Assembly (NCBI RefSeq): GCF_001194135.2 | Contig: NC_068984.1 | Coordinates: forward strand, 500,254 to 564,253 | DNA from: Octopus bimaculoides | Taxonomy: Eukaryota | DNA length: 64,000 nt | Direction of reading: 5' to 3' | In this document: positions 35,461 through 48,660 of the stretch, piece after piece | Numbering within the stretch: the first letter of the stretch is position 1 | Layout of the letters: every line of letters begins with the position of its first letter | Translations under genes and position numbers: made by a program | Notes under the pieces: generated by a model | Database searches by the model: none | Told to the model about the DNA's origin: nothing | The model's input: only the letters and a program-made list of their open reading frames with translations

Positions 35461-35774
35461 ACAGCAAACGTGAGGCTCAGGGGTTGGGGTATGTTGGGGA
35501 ATTACTTTATGTTAATCAGTTGGGTGGATTTTCATGGTATATGGTCTGTAATGTCTGTGTGTCTAGCTGTAACGCCGTCCCCGATGTGGGAATATTACTG
35601 TAATATGAGTCCGATGTGAACCTTGGAAAGGATTAGAAACTAACTGGGGCTGAAGTATTTTCTTGTACTGAGACGATCGTTACTGAACCGCTGTATATTA
35701 ATAAATACTTACGGAGTAAAACCAAAGCACTTGGCTTCATGCAAAACTTCTCGTGTGATCTATATATAATATAT

Positions 35775-35945
35775 AGGAGTAGGCAGCGAACTGCTTGAAT
35801 CATTAGCACGTCGGACAACATGTTTAGTGGCATTTCGTCCGTCTTTACGTTCTGAGATCAAATTCTTCCGAGGTCGGTTTTACCTTTCATCCTTTCAGGG
35901 TCGTTAAAATAAGTACTAGTTGGACACTGGGATCAATGTTACAGA
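35775..35945 (+). mobile_element. SINE family B
   Basis: ggcagcgaactgcttgaatcattagcacgtcgg...ccgaggtcgg...cctttcagggtcgttaaaataagtactag. Confidence 0.8.
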
Positions 35946-35989
35946 AATTACTAGCCTTCCATTTTGTTCGCTCGAAGGCATTGTGAGCT

Positions 35990-36520
35990 ATCTTCACTGC
36001 TAAGAGGTTATTCTTCTGAACTATGGTCGACCAACATGCCTGCCCGCTATCAAGCTGGCTGTACATGAGGACTTTGGGTTTTCTTTCGTCACTCATTGTG
36101 ACGACACGGCCAGCCCAGTACAATTGTAACTGCATAAGGAAGCTCTCGATTCCACCAATCTTACACTTGCTAAACAGGTCGGCACTGGAAACTCTGTCTT
36201 TTAGTGAATAACCGCAGATTGTCCCGTGACAGCCTTTGTGGGAGATGTCTCGTTGATTGATCTGTCGTCTATGGGGTATCCACGATTCTGAGCCTTACAA
36301 GAGAGTAGAAAGAATGGCAACTTTATAGACCTGTACTTTGGTGTCAGGTTTAATGCTCCTTTCATTCCACGGCGATGACGGAGTTTGCCGAATGCGTTGG
36401 TTGCCTTTGCAAGACGGTTGACGATCTCATCATCAAGGGAAGCGCTCAAATTCACTTTACTAACAAGATATGTAAATGACTTCACAATTTAGGTTTTTTC
36501 CATCAACCTGTATAGGAGTG
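35990..36520 (-). mobile_element. RTE-clade LINE RT C-terminal remnant
   Basis: FTYLVSKV...LDDEIVNRLAKATNAFGKLRHR and QLYWAGRVVTMSDERKPK..LMYSQL. Confidence 0.85.
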
Positions 36521-37379
36521 TCAGGAAAACTGTGAACCGGTGGCCTCTGCTTGACCCCTCGAATTTGTTTAGGAGTAGGGCAAAGGTTGGTGGATTACTT
36601 CCGTCTTCTTTATGCTGATGGTCAAAGCAAAGGCTTTACACACACACACACACCCACCTCTATTTTGAGTTCTATTTTTCTTGTTTGTATTCTAAACATC
36701 TCTGCGTGTGTGCGTGTATGTGTGTGTGCGTGTACTCGTGTCATTAGCAGGTTGTAATGCAACCAGTGACCATAGATTAATTTATAATGTAGAGTGACAG
36801 CGGCCAGGAGAATATATAATCATATGAAGTGATACAGCAAACATGAAGTGATATTTCCACTAATAGTTAATTCAATAATTAATCGAAGAAGAAGAAGGAG
36901 AAAAAGAGAAAGAGGAAGCAGAAGAAGAAGAAGATGAAGAAATGTCTAGACTGTTATCTCTCTATTTTCTGTTTACCACAAAACGATCAGATAAGAGAAA
37001 ATTCTCATCAAATTTAGGTTCGATATCACACGCAGGTATGTATAATATTTGTTTTTACTGTTTCATTCAGCAGATAAGATCTTGTTATTTGATATAGAAT
37101 TCAATAATTATTTCTGACGTCATTATAACGAATCAGATTCATTAGTGTTGGTGGACAAAAAGAATTGGTGGAGGACTTATTATATAACGGTTCGAACTGA
37201 ATGTAACAATGATCGAGGGTCGAATGATTGAAAAATCGTTCCCATGAAACCCAGAACGCCATTAATCTCTGTTAAACGTTCAAGACCCAACGGATATACC
37301 TATCGCGATTCTCTCTTCCCTTATTCTTTCATTCAGTAATTTACTCCACCTTATTCTCTCATATAGATATGTGGACGAC

Positions 37380-37410
<31 letters not shown>

Positions 37411-37680
37411 NNNNNNNNNNNNNNNNNNNNNNNNNNNNNNNNNNNNNNNNNNNNNNNNNNNNNNNNNNNNNNNNNNNNNNNNNNNNNNNNNNNNNNNNNN
37501 NNNNNNNNNNNNNNNNNNNNNNNNNNNNNNNNNNNNNNNNNNNNNNNNNNNNNNNNNNNNNNNNNNNNNNNNNNNNNNNNNNNNNNNNNNNNNNNNNNNN
37601 NNNNNNNNNNNNNNNNNNNNNNNNNNNNNNNNNNNNNNNNNNNNNNNNNNNNNNNNNNNNNNNNNNNNNNNNNNNNNNNN

Positions 37681-37722
<42 letters not shown>

Positions 37723-38079
37723 TTTAAACGAACAAACAAATGGATTTAAAATTTTGCTACAATTGTTTCGCTCAGAATCTTTAATGTAAGTACAGTGCAA
37801 TATTTTGGATTACGCTTAAAGATTATGGCATTTTCATGCTCGTCAGGCGATATCAATCGATTCCCAGGCAAGTAACTTGCTTGGGAGTCAATTAATTACT
37901 CAAAAGTCTTTATCCAACTCTGTTTTAAATACTACTTGATGAGTGTGAGAATTGCATAATGTATGATGTAATGCAAAATATTGTATTATGCTGATATTAA
38001 TCAAAGATTCTTAGTGAAGCAATTGTCGTAAGATTTAAAATCCTTTTGTTCGCTTATAAACATTTCGCGCAACACAAAA

Positions 38080-38250
38080 GGCGGCGAGCTGGCAGAATCT
38101 TTAGCATGCTGGTTCAAATTCCGCCGAGGTCGAATTTGCCTTTCATTCCTTCGGTGTCGATAAAATAAGAACCAGTTGAGCATTGAGATCGATGTAACTG
38201 ACCCAGCCCCTTCTCCAAAACTGCTGGCCTTGGGCCAAAATTCGAAACTA
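38080..38250 (+). mobile_element. SINE family B with internal deletion
   Basis: aaggcggcgagctggcagaatc...ttcaaattccgccgaggtcg. Confidence 0.85.
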
Positions 38251-40323
38251 ATATTGCGCTTCACACCAAAGCTTCTCCCCTCCGATAAATTACTTGCAAA
38301 CAGTTAGAATTGAGAATTGCCCAACAGCAGCGTCTGGTCTTCGTCGTTGCTTTCTACACGGAAAATGGATCATTTCATTGTCACCTCTACGTGATTCTGC
38401 CTCGGCAACAGGTGACATATTGCTCGTTGATGTGCCTCGATTTTTTACGAATCCAATATAACCGAGAAGTGTGTGTGTGTGTGTGTGTGAGTGAGTGAGA
38501 CAGACAGTGATCCGGGCTCGATCGGTGTTGGATCTCTTGAACGAATAACTAATATTTGTCTCTCTAGAAATGTATCTTACCGGTCTCCCGTTTCATTGTT
38601 TGTGGAGACATCGATTATTCATTGGGCCCAAATTCAATTTCTGCTGGGCTGAAGTATAATCCTTTTGCAGACCTAATGTTTGTAAAGCCTCATCGTCAGA
38701 TATATCCATCCGTTTTTCTTTTAAGACGGTAGCGCTATCGTATGATTTGTGGTCAGATTTGGCTATCATTTCTAACTGGGTGGTCGATTATCCTTGATTT
38801 GAGTGAGTGTAAGTTTGGTTATCAGACAGCTGGACTCTGTATTAATTCGGCCGAGCATTGATCTGACTATGAATGAAAGCCTCAGCAGAGAAGTTCCAAC
38901 TGGATTTCAGGACATGATAAAGCACGACCTTGTTTGCGGTTTAGGTATTGGATAGTGATTCGTAAGAGAGGGTTTGGCGGCAACCAGGCAAGATTACTCA
39001 CGACTGGAAGAAAGATTTCTCAAATAGGCTCACGCTTAGAACTTGCAAAAGTGGAAGCGTGAGAAAGAACAGGCATTAATGTATTTCTGTTATAAATTTT
39101 ATCGACCCCGGATAAAATGTAGCAAAATCGCTCTCAGTAGGAAGTGAACTCAGATTTCAGATGGACGAAATAATACAAATGAAACAAACCGAATTTCTTC
39201 AGTGCAATGACTATACAGCTCGGGACCAGTATTCTTACAAAGGTAACCGTTAGATCATAAAAAGAGGAGTTGGGTCATACAGAGCATAGCATCCCTGTTT
39301 GATGCCCTAACAATCCCTGGAATGGTAATTTATTTTGGACAACATCAGAACCGGGGAGAGAGGACGCTTCCATGCTTGGGTAACTGTTAAATATTCTATT
39401 AACCCTTTGCCGGTTTTGTGCATTATATATGGTATACATTCCCATTTTTCTTTTCAGTCACCAGAATAACTTGGCTCTTATGGAAGGAAAACTTTATAAT
39501 ATTTAGAATGCATGAAACAAGGGCGAACTAAAAGACTGAAAACATGCATGGACGTTTGGGATAAAATTGTGAAAATGTTATGGACAAACAAAGGATTAAG
39601 CAAACCCTTGTCTACTTTGTACCAGGGGCAGATATTTTCTAGGGATTAATACTCAGTGTATCTAGAACAGACAACAAATACCGTTTATTGATCGTTATTG
39701 CGGAGTTGTTTATTTACATGTCGAATATGTGAGTACACTGTAAGTACACTGTACTCCCACCGCTGTCTCTTTCTTTCTTATAGCCTTCCCGCTCCATTAT
39801 CTGTCTCTCATAGGCGACATATGTCGTAGGTTTATTGTTTGTGATTTAAATAGTGATAAGCAGCGACGAAATCAAATATTTATCACCATTTTAGGTTTTC
39901 GAATAGAATCGATGCCAGCCTACCCCGCACCGCACCCACAACATCGAGAACAAGAACAATAACCGGCAATTTTATTATTATTGATGTCCCATTTACGACA
40001 GATGTAATCATCTTTATGTCTTGTTAAATAAATTAATCAAATGATTCTTAATGTGTGTGTGTGTGTATGCATGCATGTGTGTGTGTATGCATGCATGCAT
40101 GTGTGTGTGTGTGCGCACATATATCGCATTACTTAGACGCTACGCTCCTGTAAATAATGTATTCTCTTCCTGTATACACACATGAATGTATACACTCTTA
40201 CACACATACGTGTCTAGGTGGACAGATACAGGCGTTGTACGTATCTGCGCATGTTTGTGAGTTAGAGTACGAGATGTTGCCAACACATACACACATAAGC
40301 ACGCGCACGCACGTACACTCATA

Positions 40324-40369
<46 letters not shown>

Positions 40370-40670
40370 NNNNNNNNNNNNNNNNNNNNNNNNNNNNNNN
40401 NNNNNNNNNNNNNNNNNNNNNNNNNNNNNNNNNNNNNNNNNNNNNNNNNNNNNNNNNNNNNNNNNNNNNNNNNNNNNNNNNNNNNNNNNNNNNNNNNNNN
40501 NNNNNNNNNNNNNNNNNNNNNNNNNNNNNNNNNNNNNNNNNNNNNNNNNNNNNNNNNNNNNNNNNNNNNNNNNNNNNNNNNNNNNNNNNNNNNNNNNNNN
40601 NNNNNNNNNNNNNNNNNNNNNNNNNNNNNNNNNNNNNNNNNNNNNNNNNNNNNNNNNNNNNNNNNNNNNN

Positions 40671-41880
40671 NAAATCATAAGACTTGGAAGGCAGCTCCTT
40701 GCGCATCATTCCTTGTCTGATAGCCTTAAATACATGCTCAAAGACGTCACACGACTCTACGGCAACGTGTCATCAGATGAAAGGATGAGCCTATATGAGC
40801 AGAAGACCATGCATGGATGTGTTAGTTGGAAGCTCAGAGATGAGAGTAACATTGATCATCAAAGCATATCATGGACCAATAACTGGATTGTTGACTCCCA
40901 CTTTGAAGGGTGTGCGTTTGCAATCCTGGAACAAGAAATATCAACCAAATACCCGATGCACAAAAGGGACAGAAATGCAGGAAAAGTAGTAAAATGTGAC
41001 AACCGATGCAGACTTTGTGGGGTTCACACTGAAGATATCATCCACACCATAAACAGATGTCTGAAAATGTCATCGCGGTATTATCTAGCGATGAGACACG
41101 AGGTTATGAATAGGACACTCTATAATGAAATCCGTTGGAAGGACAAACCCGAGGACAAAGAAATAAGAACCCACAGTATGGCAGAAGCCATAGCCACACA
41201 TAATAAAAAGAAAGATGTACTGGTGGAATGTACCTGTAAAATGTAAGCACAACAGACTTGATATAATGATTCGGGATAGAGAAGAGAAACTGTGCACAGT
41301 TGTGGAAATCTGTTGCCCAGTGGATGTTGACTTAAAGCTGAAGATCAGTGATAAAGAGNNNNNNNNNNTAGAGAAGAGAAACTGTGCACAGTTGTGGAAA
41401 TCTGTTGCCCAGTGGATGTTGACTTAAAGCTGAAGATCAGTGATAAAGAGAACACCTATGCTGAACTATCGAGAAATCTGCAGTTACTCTTTCTAGATTA
41501 CAAGTTCTGGTTTATACCTGTAACTATTGGGGCTCTGGGATATGCAACACACTGCCTAAATACCAATCTTGAGAAATTAGGCTTCTCAAAACCAGAAAGG
41601 AGAAAGCTAATTCGAAGACTACAGATCCAATCCATCACTGGAAAAATCCGTAAAACTTTCCAAACTTTATCATTTAAGTATATACGAGCATGTCTAGATA
41701 TGCAACTATATGCACGAGAATACATACAAAAAACAAAACATACAAATCTATACATACATACATATATACAAATAAAAATACCCTATTGTTGATGTTGAAA
41801 TTCCAATGAATCTAGGTTAGAAACAGTCTCTTTCTCTATCGGCAAGAAATCAAGAAATAAAATTGAATAATGACATACAC
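40671..41880 (+). mobile_element. REL LINE 3' part (CATA-tailed type)
   Basis: SHFEGCAFAILEQEI, CRLCGVHTEDIIHTINRC, RHE, KCKHNRLDIMI..VVEICCP, FIPVTIGALG; ends in catacacacatacatac. Confidence 0.9.
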
Positions 41881-42016
41881 ACATACATACTGAATTGTAT
41901 ACCTAGATACAGGCTTATACACATATATATATCCATCTACATACATGCATATATATATACATATATATATCCATCTACATACATGCATATATATATACAT
42001 ATATATNNNNNNNNNN

Positions 42017-43990
42017 TACTGCATTTGTAGCGCCGAACTACTTTTGGTAAAGCCGTGTTGTTTAAAGTTAAAAAACACCATAGAAATCCTGTGACAGTTT
42101 GGTTTGATTACAGAAAGACATTCGATTCCATTGCTCATTCCTGGCCACTGAAGTCAACTGGCAAAAGGTATTGGCTGACTTAGTTCCTAACATTTGAAGA
42201 ATCACGAAGACCTACAAACCTCGAACTTGTAAATGAATTTAAGAATATATGTCTGCTGTTATAAATATTTCAACATGAACATTCCAAGGTGACAATCTGC
42301 CCGTGCTTCCATTTAATTAGAGCCTTAATCTTTAGTCATGTCTTTTACGATGACACACTGACGACATCTATAGGATCTACAACAGCAAGAGACTCTAATG
42401 TAATCCTTAATTTCTTCGTAGACCATCGAAAGATTCGTGCACGAAATAGTTTCAATGGTAAGAAAGAGCTGGATTTAATGACAAGATTTTCTGCTGATTT
42501 AAAGATGGAATTTGGCCAAAAGGAATCTTCATGTTTAACAATCGGTCGTGAAACAATTGAACTTGGAAAAACCGTTCCATTGCATCAATGACCTCTCAAT
42601 CTCTCCCCCTTCTCTCTCTTTTTCCCTATCTATCTCTCTTTCTCTCTCCTGTTCCAGAAAATAAAAAAAATTCTACAAATATTCAGGTATTGATGAAAAT
42701 ATATAATGCAAAGTTACTGTGAATAAAAATAGAATAAGCAAAGTATTTAATACTCGACTAAAAAGAATATGGCTGAGCGTTGCTCTTACAAGATAATATC
42801 ATACAATGTATTTGCAGTATCCGTACTGAAACCAATATATGAGATACTCGACTGGTTTATAGATGTCCAGAGACATTAAAGCCCGCAAGATTATAATAGT
42901 GACTGCACATTTCCGCAGAAACAGTTATATTGACAGACTCTGACTAAAGAAGAGACGGAGAAAATGGTTAGGGTTGAGATATGCGGAAAGGTTGAATCTT
43001 ATATTATACAGCTTAGTTATTATCTACAAAACAACGTCAAACAAGAGTTCAAAACTAAAGCGAATGATATCATAGAGGTCGCCGTGAAATCTTCTTGATG
43101 ACCTCTCGTGTAGACAAAGGTGTGTAGCACCTGAAAGCAAAACAGTCTATATACCGCAGAAATATTATGCATAGGAAAGTTTACTGTAAACTTGAGGATG
43201 ATAATATCAACATGAAGTATAGCCTCTGTTGGACTCATGGCATTTACAACACGTCACATCTCGAAGCAAGAGATAATTACGAAATAGCTTATGGAAAAAA
43301 CGGGACAGCGAAGATCTTAAATTCCCATGATGCAACTGAAAATGTTGATTATGTTCCTCTTCTGAAGCGAACACATTACATATAACCAGCAGCTGTTCCC
43401 AAATGTCATAGTACCTCCCACTGTTAAATGCTGCTTTAGCTAAAACAATATACAATGCCATCTTCAGAAAGAACTGGACAGAGATAAATATAAAGGAGAC
43501 TTCTACCATGGGACATATATCACACAAATCAGCACAAGGAATATCGGTGGAACATTGCGTCAAAACTCTGACCAAGGGTAAACACAACAGACCGGATTTC
43601 GTTATTGGAGGCAGAACAGAAAGACCTTGTATCATCGTAGAGATTGGTATAGGTTACTGGCTCCGGAGATGGAGACACGGGTTCGAAAACGAGCGAGGAG
43701 GAGAATTGCTTCGAAAACTGCAGTTTCTCTACCCTGATTATAAATTCACATTTATACCAGTAATTATTGCCGTGCATGGTTATGCTAGTAAATGATAACC
43801 TGATAAAGATAGGATTATTAAGAAGAAATGAGGCCGGCTAACACAAACTTTACAGAGACAATCTGTAAGTGGAACAGTACAAATATGCAAGACCTTCTTA
43901 AAGTTCAATGCATGACAATAATTGTTATCAAAATTCCAGCGTTGGAGTTTTGTTTCTTTATTAGTAACCAGCTCTTTTCTTCTAGAAAGA
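42017..43990 (+). mobile_element. Degraded REL LINE (RT to endonuclease), interrupted by (CT)n
   Basis: WFDYRKTFDSIAHSW, FFVDH, FSADLKMEFG, GKHNRPDFVIG..IIVEIG, LQFLYPDYKFTFIPVII. Confidence 0.85.
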
Positions 43991-44461
43991 ATTGTAATAA
44001 GTAAAAATGTGAAGCCATAAAACACACGTGCGCGCGCGCGGGGGATGCACTCACATACACACATTATGAGTAAATTATCGCCTTCTTATATTTTTTTATT
44101 TCGCACATGTGCATGGTTTGTTTTTGATTTTGTCGACTACACAGTATAGTAGAGTCAGTTAGGCACCGTCTGTGAGAAACGACATGCTGTATTGCTTGGC
44201 ATTCACGCTGGAAGTTCCAATACGAACATTTCAGAGTGTTTGGGTGTCAATCTGAGGCCATGGTAAATATATCTGTTAAAATGAGATGTGTTATTTTAGA
44301 AAAAATAAATAAGTAAATGTAGAGGCAGAGTCAGTTTACTAATGTAATACCTTAGTAATCCTGGGTATCCTTACATCTGCTTCTCAAACCGCTCAAGTTT
44401 AAACTCCTTGAGCACTATTAAGTGTATTCTATACGAAGAATATTTGATTCTCAGTTATGAA

Positions 44462-44574
<113 letters not shown>

Positions 44575-44928
44575 GTGCTTCTAATAAGTGGGAACAGTTA
44601 GATATAGTTTACAGCAGCAATGTGAAAGAATAATATAAGAAAATGATAAGATATCGAAATAATAGACAAATAATAAGTGTGTTGGAGTTTAAAATGTCTA
44701 GAGAGAGATAGAGGGGGACAGTTACATTGACAGACTTTCAGATGGGTTGGCAAATCGATTGCTAGGTTGATAGATAGATCGATAAATAGGCGATAAGGAA
44801 TTAGTGAATGATCGGTAGAGAAATTAGAGATGAATGCCTAGAAAGGGGAAGCGAGGTTTAAGATATATAACAACATCACAAAGTAGGAAATTGAAAAATA
44901 ATACATACGCACACGCACATTTATATAC

Positions 44929-45035
<107 letters not shown>

Positions 45036-45804
45036 TACTGATAGGGAGGTAGGTAAATAGATGGTTGACAAATAAATAGAATACACCAATAGAATTACAC
45101 AAAAAGTAAAGTAAATTTAATAAGGAAATACGATAGACTTGGCGCATCGTTACTGGATTAAGAGTTAATGTCCAGCGTTGAGCGCTTTCCAGTTTAAAAT
45201 CTCATCATAGCGACGTCTTGTTTATTTTGCCATAGATAACTTGACAAATTGGGTGTTCGGACACTCATTGTTCACAAATACAATATATGTACACAAAAAC
45301 ATATATATAGTATATACATAGTATATATGTTTTTTTCCTCTTGTCCAGCTAAACTAACAAGACATCTTATTGTCTGTTATAGTATTTTATAACCATATAT
45401 TATATTGTTATATTTTAGACTCATATTGCTGTAAACTAAATAGAGAACTACATTGATTTTAAGACACACTGTGAAACAATGTGAGCATATTGTCTGAGAC
45501 GCATCAATGACTTATCTATCTATCTATCTATTCACCAATCTTTGTTTATTTGTTTTTTGTCTTTGCTACTGTACACATTCGCTAGCTTTCTTACAAAGGG
45601 GTCTAATGCTCTTAGCTTAAACTTTTGAGGGGGGGGGCAACCAGATCGAACCATCTCAAATGTAACTGTCTGAAACGGTCGTGACTTCTGGGACTTGACT
45701 GAAGAAAGAAAGCCAAGAATGACCCGTCTTTTTCGCCTGTCCTCCTCATTGTTGTTTCTCTTGTCCGCCTTTGTGTTGTCTATCTGTCCGAACGTTTTAA
45801 TGCC

Positions 45805-46131
45805 AGGCGCGGGAGTGGCTGTGTGGTAAGTAGCTTGCTTACCAACCGCATGATTCTGGGTTCAGTCCCACTGCGTGGCACCTTGAGCAAATGTCTTCTA
45901 CTATAGCCTCGGGCCGACCAAAGCCTTGTGAGTGGATTTGGTAGATGGAAACTGAAAGAAGCCNNNNNNNNNNATGCTGGTGTGTTTACGTCTCCGTAAC
46001 TTAGCGGTTCGGCAAAAGAAACCGATAGAGTAAGTACTTTGCTTACAAAGAATAAGTCCTGGGTCGATTTGCTCGACTAAAGGCGGTGCTCCAGCATGGC
46101 CGCAGTTAAATGACTGAAACAAGTAAAAGAG
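45805..46131 (+). mobile_element. SINE family A, full length (internal microsatellite collapsed into a 10-N gap)
   Basis: tRNA-like head aggcgcgggagtggctgtgtggtaag...gggttcagtccc; tail ggcggtgctccagcatggccgcagttaaatgactgaaacaagtaaaagag. Confidence 0.92.
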
Positions 46132-46132
46132 T

Positions 46133-46475
46133 ATATCATCATGAAAGAGAAAATGTTGATGAATATGGAGACCTGAGAATTGAGATCGCTAAGATGTCGT
46201 TGCTGCAAGAGTTGAACATAAAGATTATCCCTATTGTCATCGGAGCATTGGGTTCAATACCACCCAATCTGAAAAAAAAACATCTGAAAACCTTAGAAAT
46301 ACCCCCACAATCTAGATGTATTGCAAAAGTTGGCATCACTTGGAACTGCATGCATATTGCGTAAAGTACTGTCTGTCTGAGGTCCTTGTTGTGACTTGAC
46401 AAACAGTACAAACCCCTCGGTACACACAACATCTTCAATCAACAACCTCACGATGTTGTATACAGTGCAACATCT
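46133..46475 (+). mobile_element. REL LINE 3' end, (TAA)n-tailed
   Basis: EKVDEY.DLRIEIAKM...KIIPIVIGALGSIPPNLKKH; followed by (ATA)n. Confidence 0.85.
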
Positions 46476-46502
<27 letters not shown>

Positions 46503-46508
<6 letters not shown>

Positions 46509-46600
46509 GGAGTTTCTACAAAAAGTTTGCGTCTTAAGGACAGGAAAGATTATGAGGAAGGTCTTAAGCACTTGAAAAGACTATTGAAATCTTGTGGATA
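46503..46600 (+). mobile_element. Very short REL LINE 3' end
   Basis: VEFLQKVCVLRTGKIMRKVLST* starts right after the (TAA)n tract. Confidence 0.6.
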
Positions 46601-46674
46601 GCTAAGCTTTCAAGCAGTAACTCGCTACCCACATTGATTCTACCAGAAGTAAAAACAAACCTCAGTCAAGTCAA

Positions 46675-46815
46675 TAATAATGATGATGGTGGTGATGATT
46701 ATGATGATCGTGATGATAATAACGGTGGTGATGATGATGATGATGGTGATGGTGGTGGTGAGGGTGATGATGAAAATGGTGATGAAGGTGATGATGATGA
46801 TGATAATGATGATAT
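46675..46815. repeat. Compound (AAT/GAT/GGT)n microsatellite
   Basis: Direct inspection. Confidence 0.9.
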
Positions 46816-46829
46816 TTCGGCAGCTGGAT

Positions 46830-46985
46830 AAAGGAGATTGAAGCTGGGTTTCCCGTAGAGCATCTAAATATTTGCTTTTTAGGAACAGGAAACACTATGA
46901 GGAGGGTTTTGGGTTCCTGATGGCTTATTGAAATGATGAGGATATCTACGGTTACACGTCTAAATTCTACCAGGAATAAGACCAA
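46830..46985 (+). mobile_element. Very short REL LINE 3' end
   Basis: GFPVEHLNICFLGTGNTMRRVLGS*. Confidence 0.55.
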
Positions 46986-47279
46986 TCTTCTGCAAAGATG
47001 ATAATGGGTTCAAATTCTGGCACAATATTAGCAAGAGGGGGGGGGCGTTAGTTTATTATATTGACCCCAGTACTTGACTGATAGGTTTGTTTTTTCGACC
47101 CCGAAAGGATGACAGTTAAAGCATTTATGTAAATTAAATTCTGCACTTATTTTCTCTCTTACAATTCTACTAAATTGTTTACGATGCTTATATCAATGGT
47201 GGACTTATTGTATACAAGGCTCAAGTGCACTCAATTCCTACATTTTGTGCATTTTCATCCATTTTGGGTTTGTATGTTA

Positions 47280-47995
47280 TACTAGTAATATATCCCGGTG
47301 TTGCCCGGGTGTTATGACCTACAGCCACATTGTATTATTTGTTGCTTTCTTATGGGCAGAATCGGCACAACTGATATATAGTGAACTGGATTACTGGCGT
47401 AATGCAAGTTATTGTTTGTTTAAAAGTGAAGTGGGAGGGTACAATTTGCATGAGTTTGCATGAAAGTGCTTTCTGTTCCTAAGAAGATTCAGAAACTATG
47501 TATTGTTTCATCGTATAAAAGAGGTCAATACGATTTTGCCCAAAGATCACCTTTTCAAAAATTCATTCCCCCCGTTCCTACTGCAATTTCTTAATTTGTA
47601 ACTTTCTTCGTTTTTTTTTTAATCTACGTAGAAAAATACAGTGATTACGAATCTGGGAAATATATATTTCTTTAAGTTTAATTGTTCTTAAAAAAACACT
47701 CAGTGGCCCTTCCAACAGCTGGCCATCAACAATCCGCTTTCAAAAAGCTAAAACCTCCCAATGTTTCACTTTCGTCTGATGTTTCACGCATGCGTAGAAT
47801 TCTACTGAAATAGCAGACGTAAAAAATACCAGACCACCACCAGAAAACCTGACATGCTAGAAACAACAGGTACACAACATTATTTCTGAAGTAACTTCCC
47901 GCTTTTCAAAAAAATAAAAGTGAAACATTGAGAGTTTGTAGCATTCTGAAAGTGGTGAAGTGAAGGGTGGATGGTTGGGAAGGGGATTCTAGTGA
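47280..47995 (+). mobile_element. Candidate non-autonomous Helitron/Helentron-like element
   Basis: Starts actag..cccggtgttgcccggg (subterminal hairpin), ends near ttctagt; internal ~35-bp inverted repeat 47738-47772/47917-47951. Confidence 0.3.
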
Positions 47996-48617
47996 TTCTT
48001 TAAGAAGAAAGGAAGAAGAAAATTCTTAAAGATTCGTACTCCGTTTTTCTTTTTGTCTGTGGATTATCAAGGCAAAAATTTGGAAAAAATTAAAGAATGA
48101 AGAANNNNNNNNNNNNNNNNNNNNNNNNNNNNNNNNNNNNNNNNNNNNNNNNNNNNNNNNNNNNNNNNNNNNNNNNNNNNNNNNNNNNNNNNNNNNNNNN
48201 NNNNNNNNNNNNNNNNNNNNNNNNNNNNNNNNNNNNNNNNNNNNNNNNNNNNNNNNNNNNNNNNNNNNNNNNNNNNNNNNNNNNNNNNNNNNNNNNNNNN
48301 NNNNNNNNNNNNNNNNNNNNNNNNNNNNNNNNNNNNNNNNNNNNNNNNNNNNNNNNNNNNNNNNNNNNNNNNNNNNNNNNNNNNNNNNNNNNNNNNNNNN
48401 NNNNNNNNNNNNNNNNNNNNNNNNNNNNNNNNNNNNNNNNNNNNNNNNNNNNNNNNNNNNNNNNNNNNNNNNNNNNNNNNNNNNNNNNNNNNNNNNNNNN
48501 NNNNNNNNNNNNNNNNNNNNNNNNNNNNNNNNNNNNNNNNNNNNNNNNNNNNNNNNNNNNNNNNNNNNNNNNNNNNNNNNNNNNNNNNNNNNNNNNNNNN
48601 NNNNNNNNNNNNNNNNN

Positions 48618-48660
<43 letters not shown>

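Noticed and set aside
41279-41450. Exact ~80-bp tandem duplication in the LINE
   Set aside because: The two copies flank a 10-N gap and are identical, so this is most likely a scaffolding overlap artefact
46592-46985. Asp/Gly-rich and His-rich ORFs
   Set aside because: Translations of a trinucleotide microsatellite
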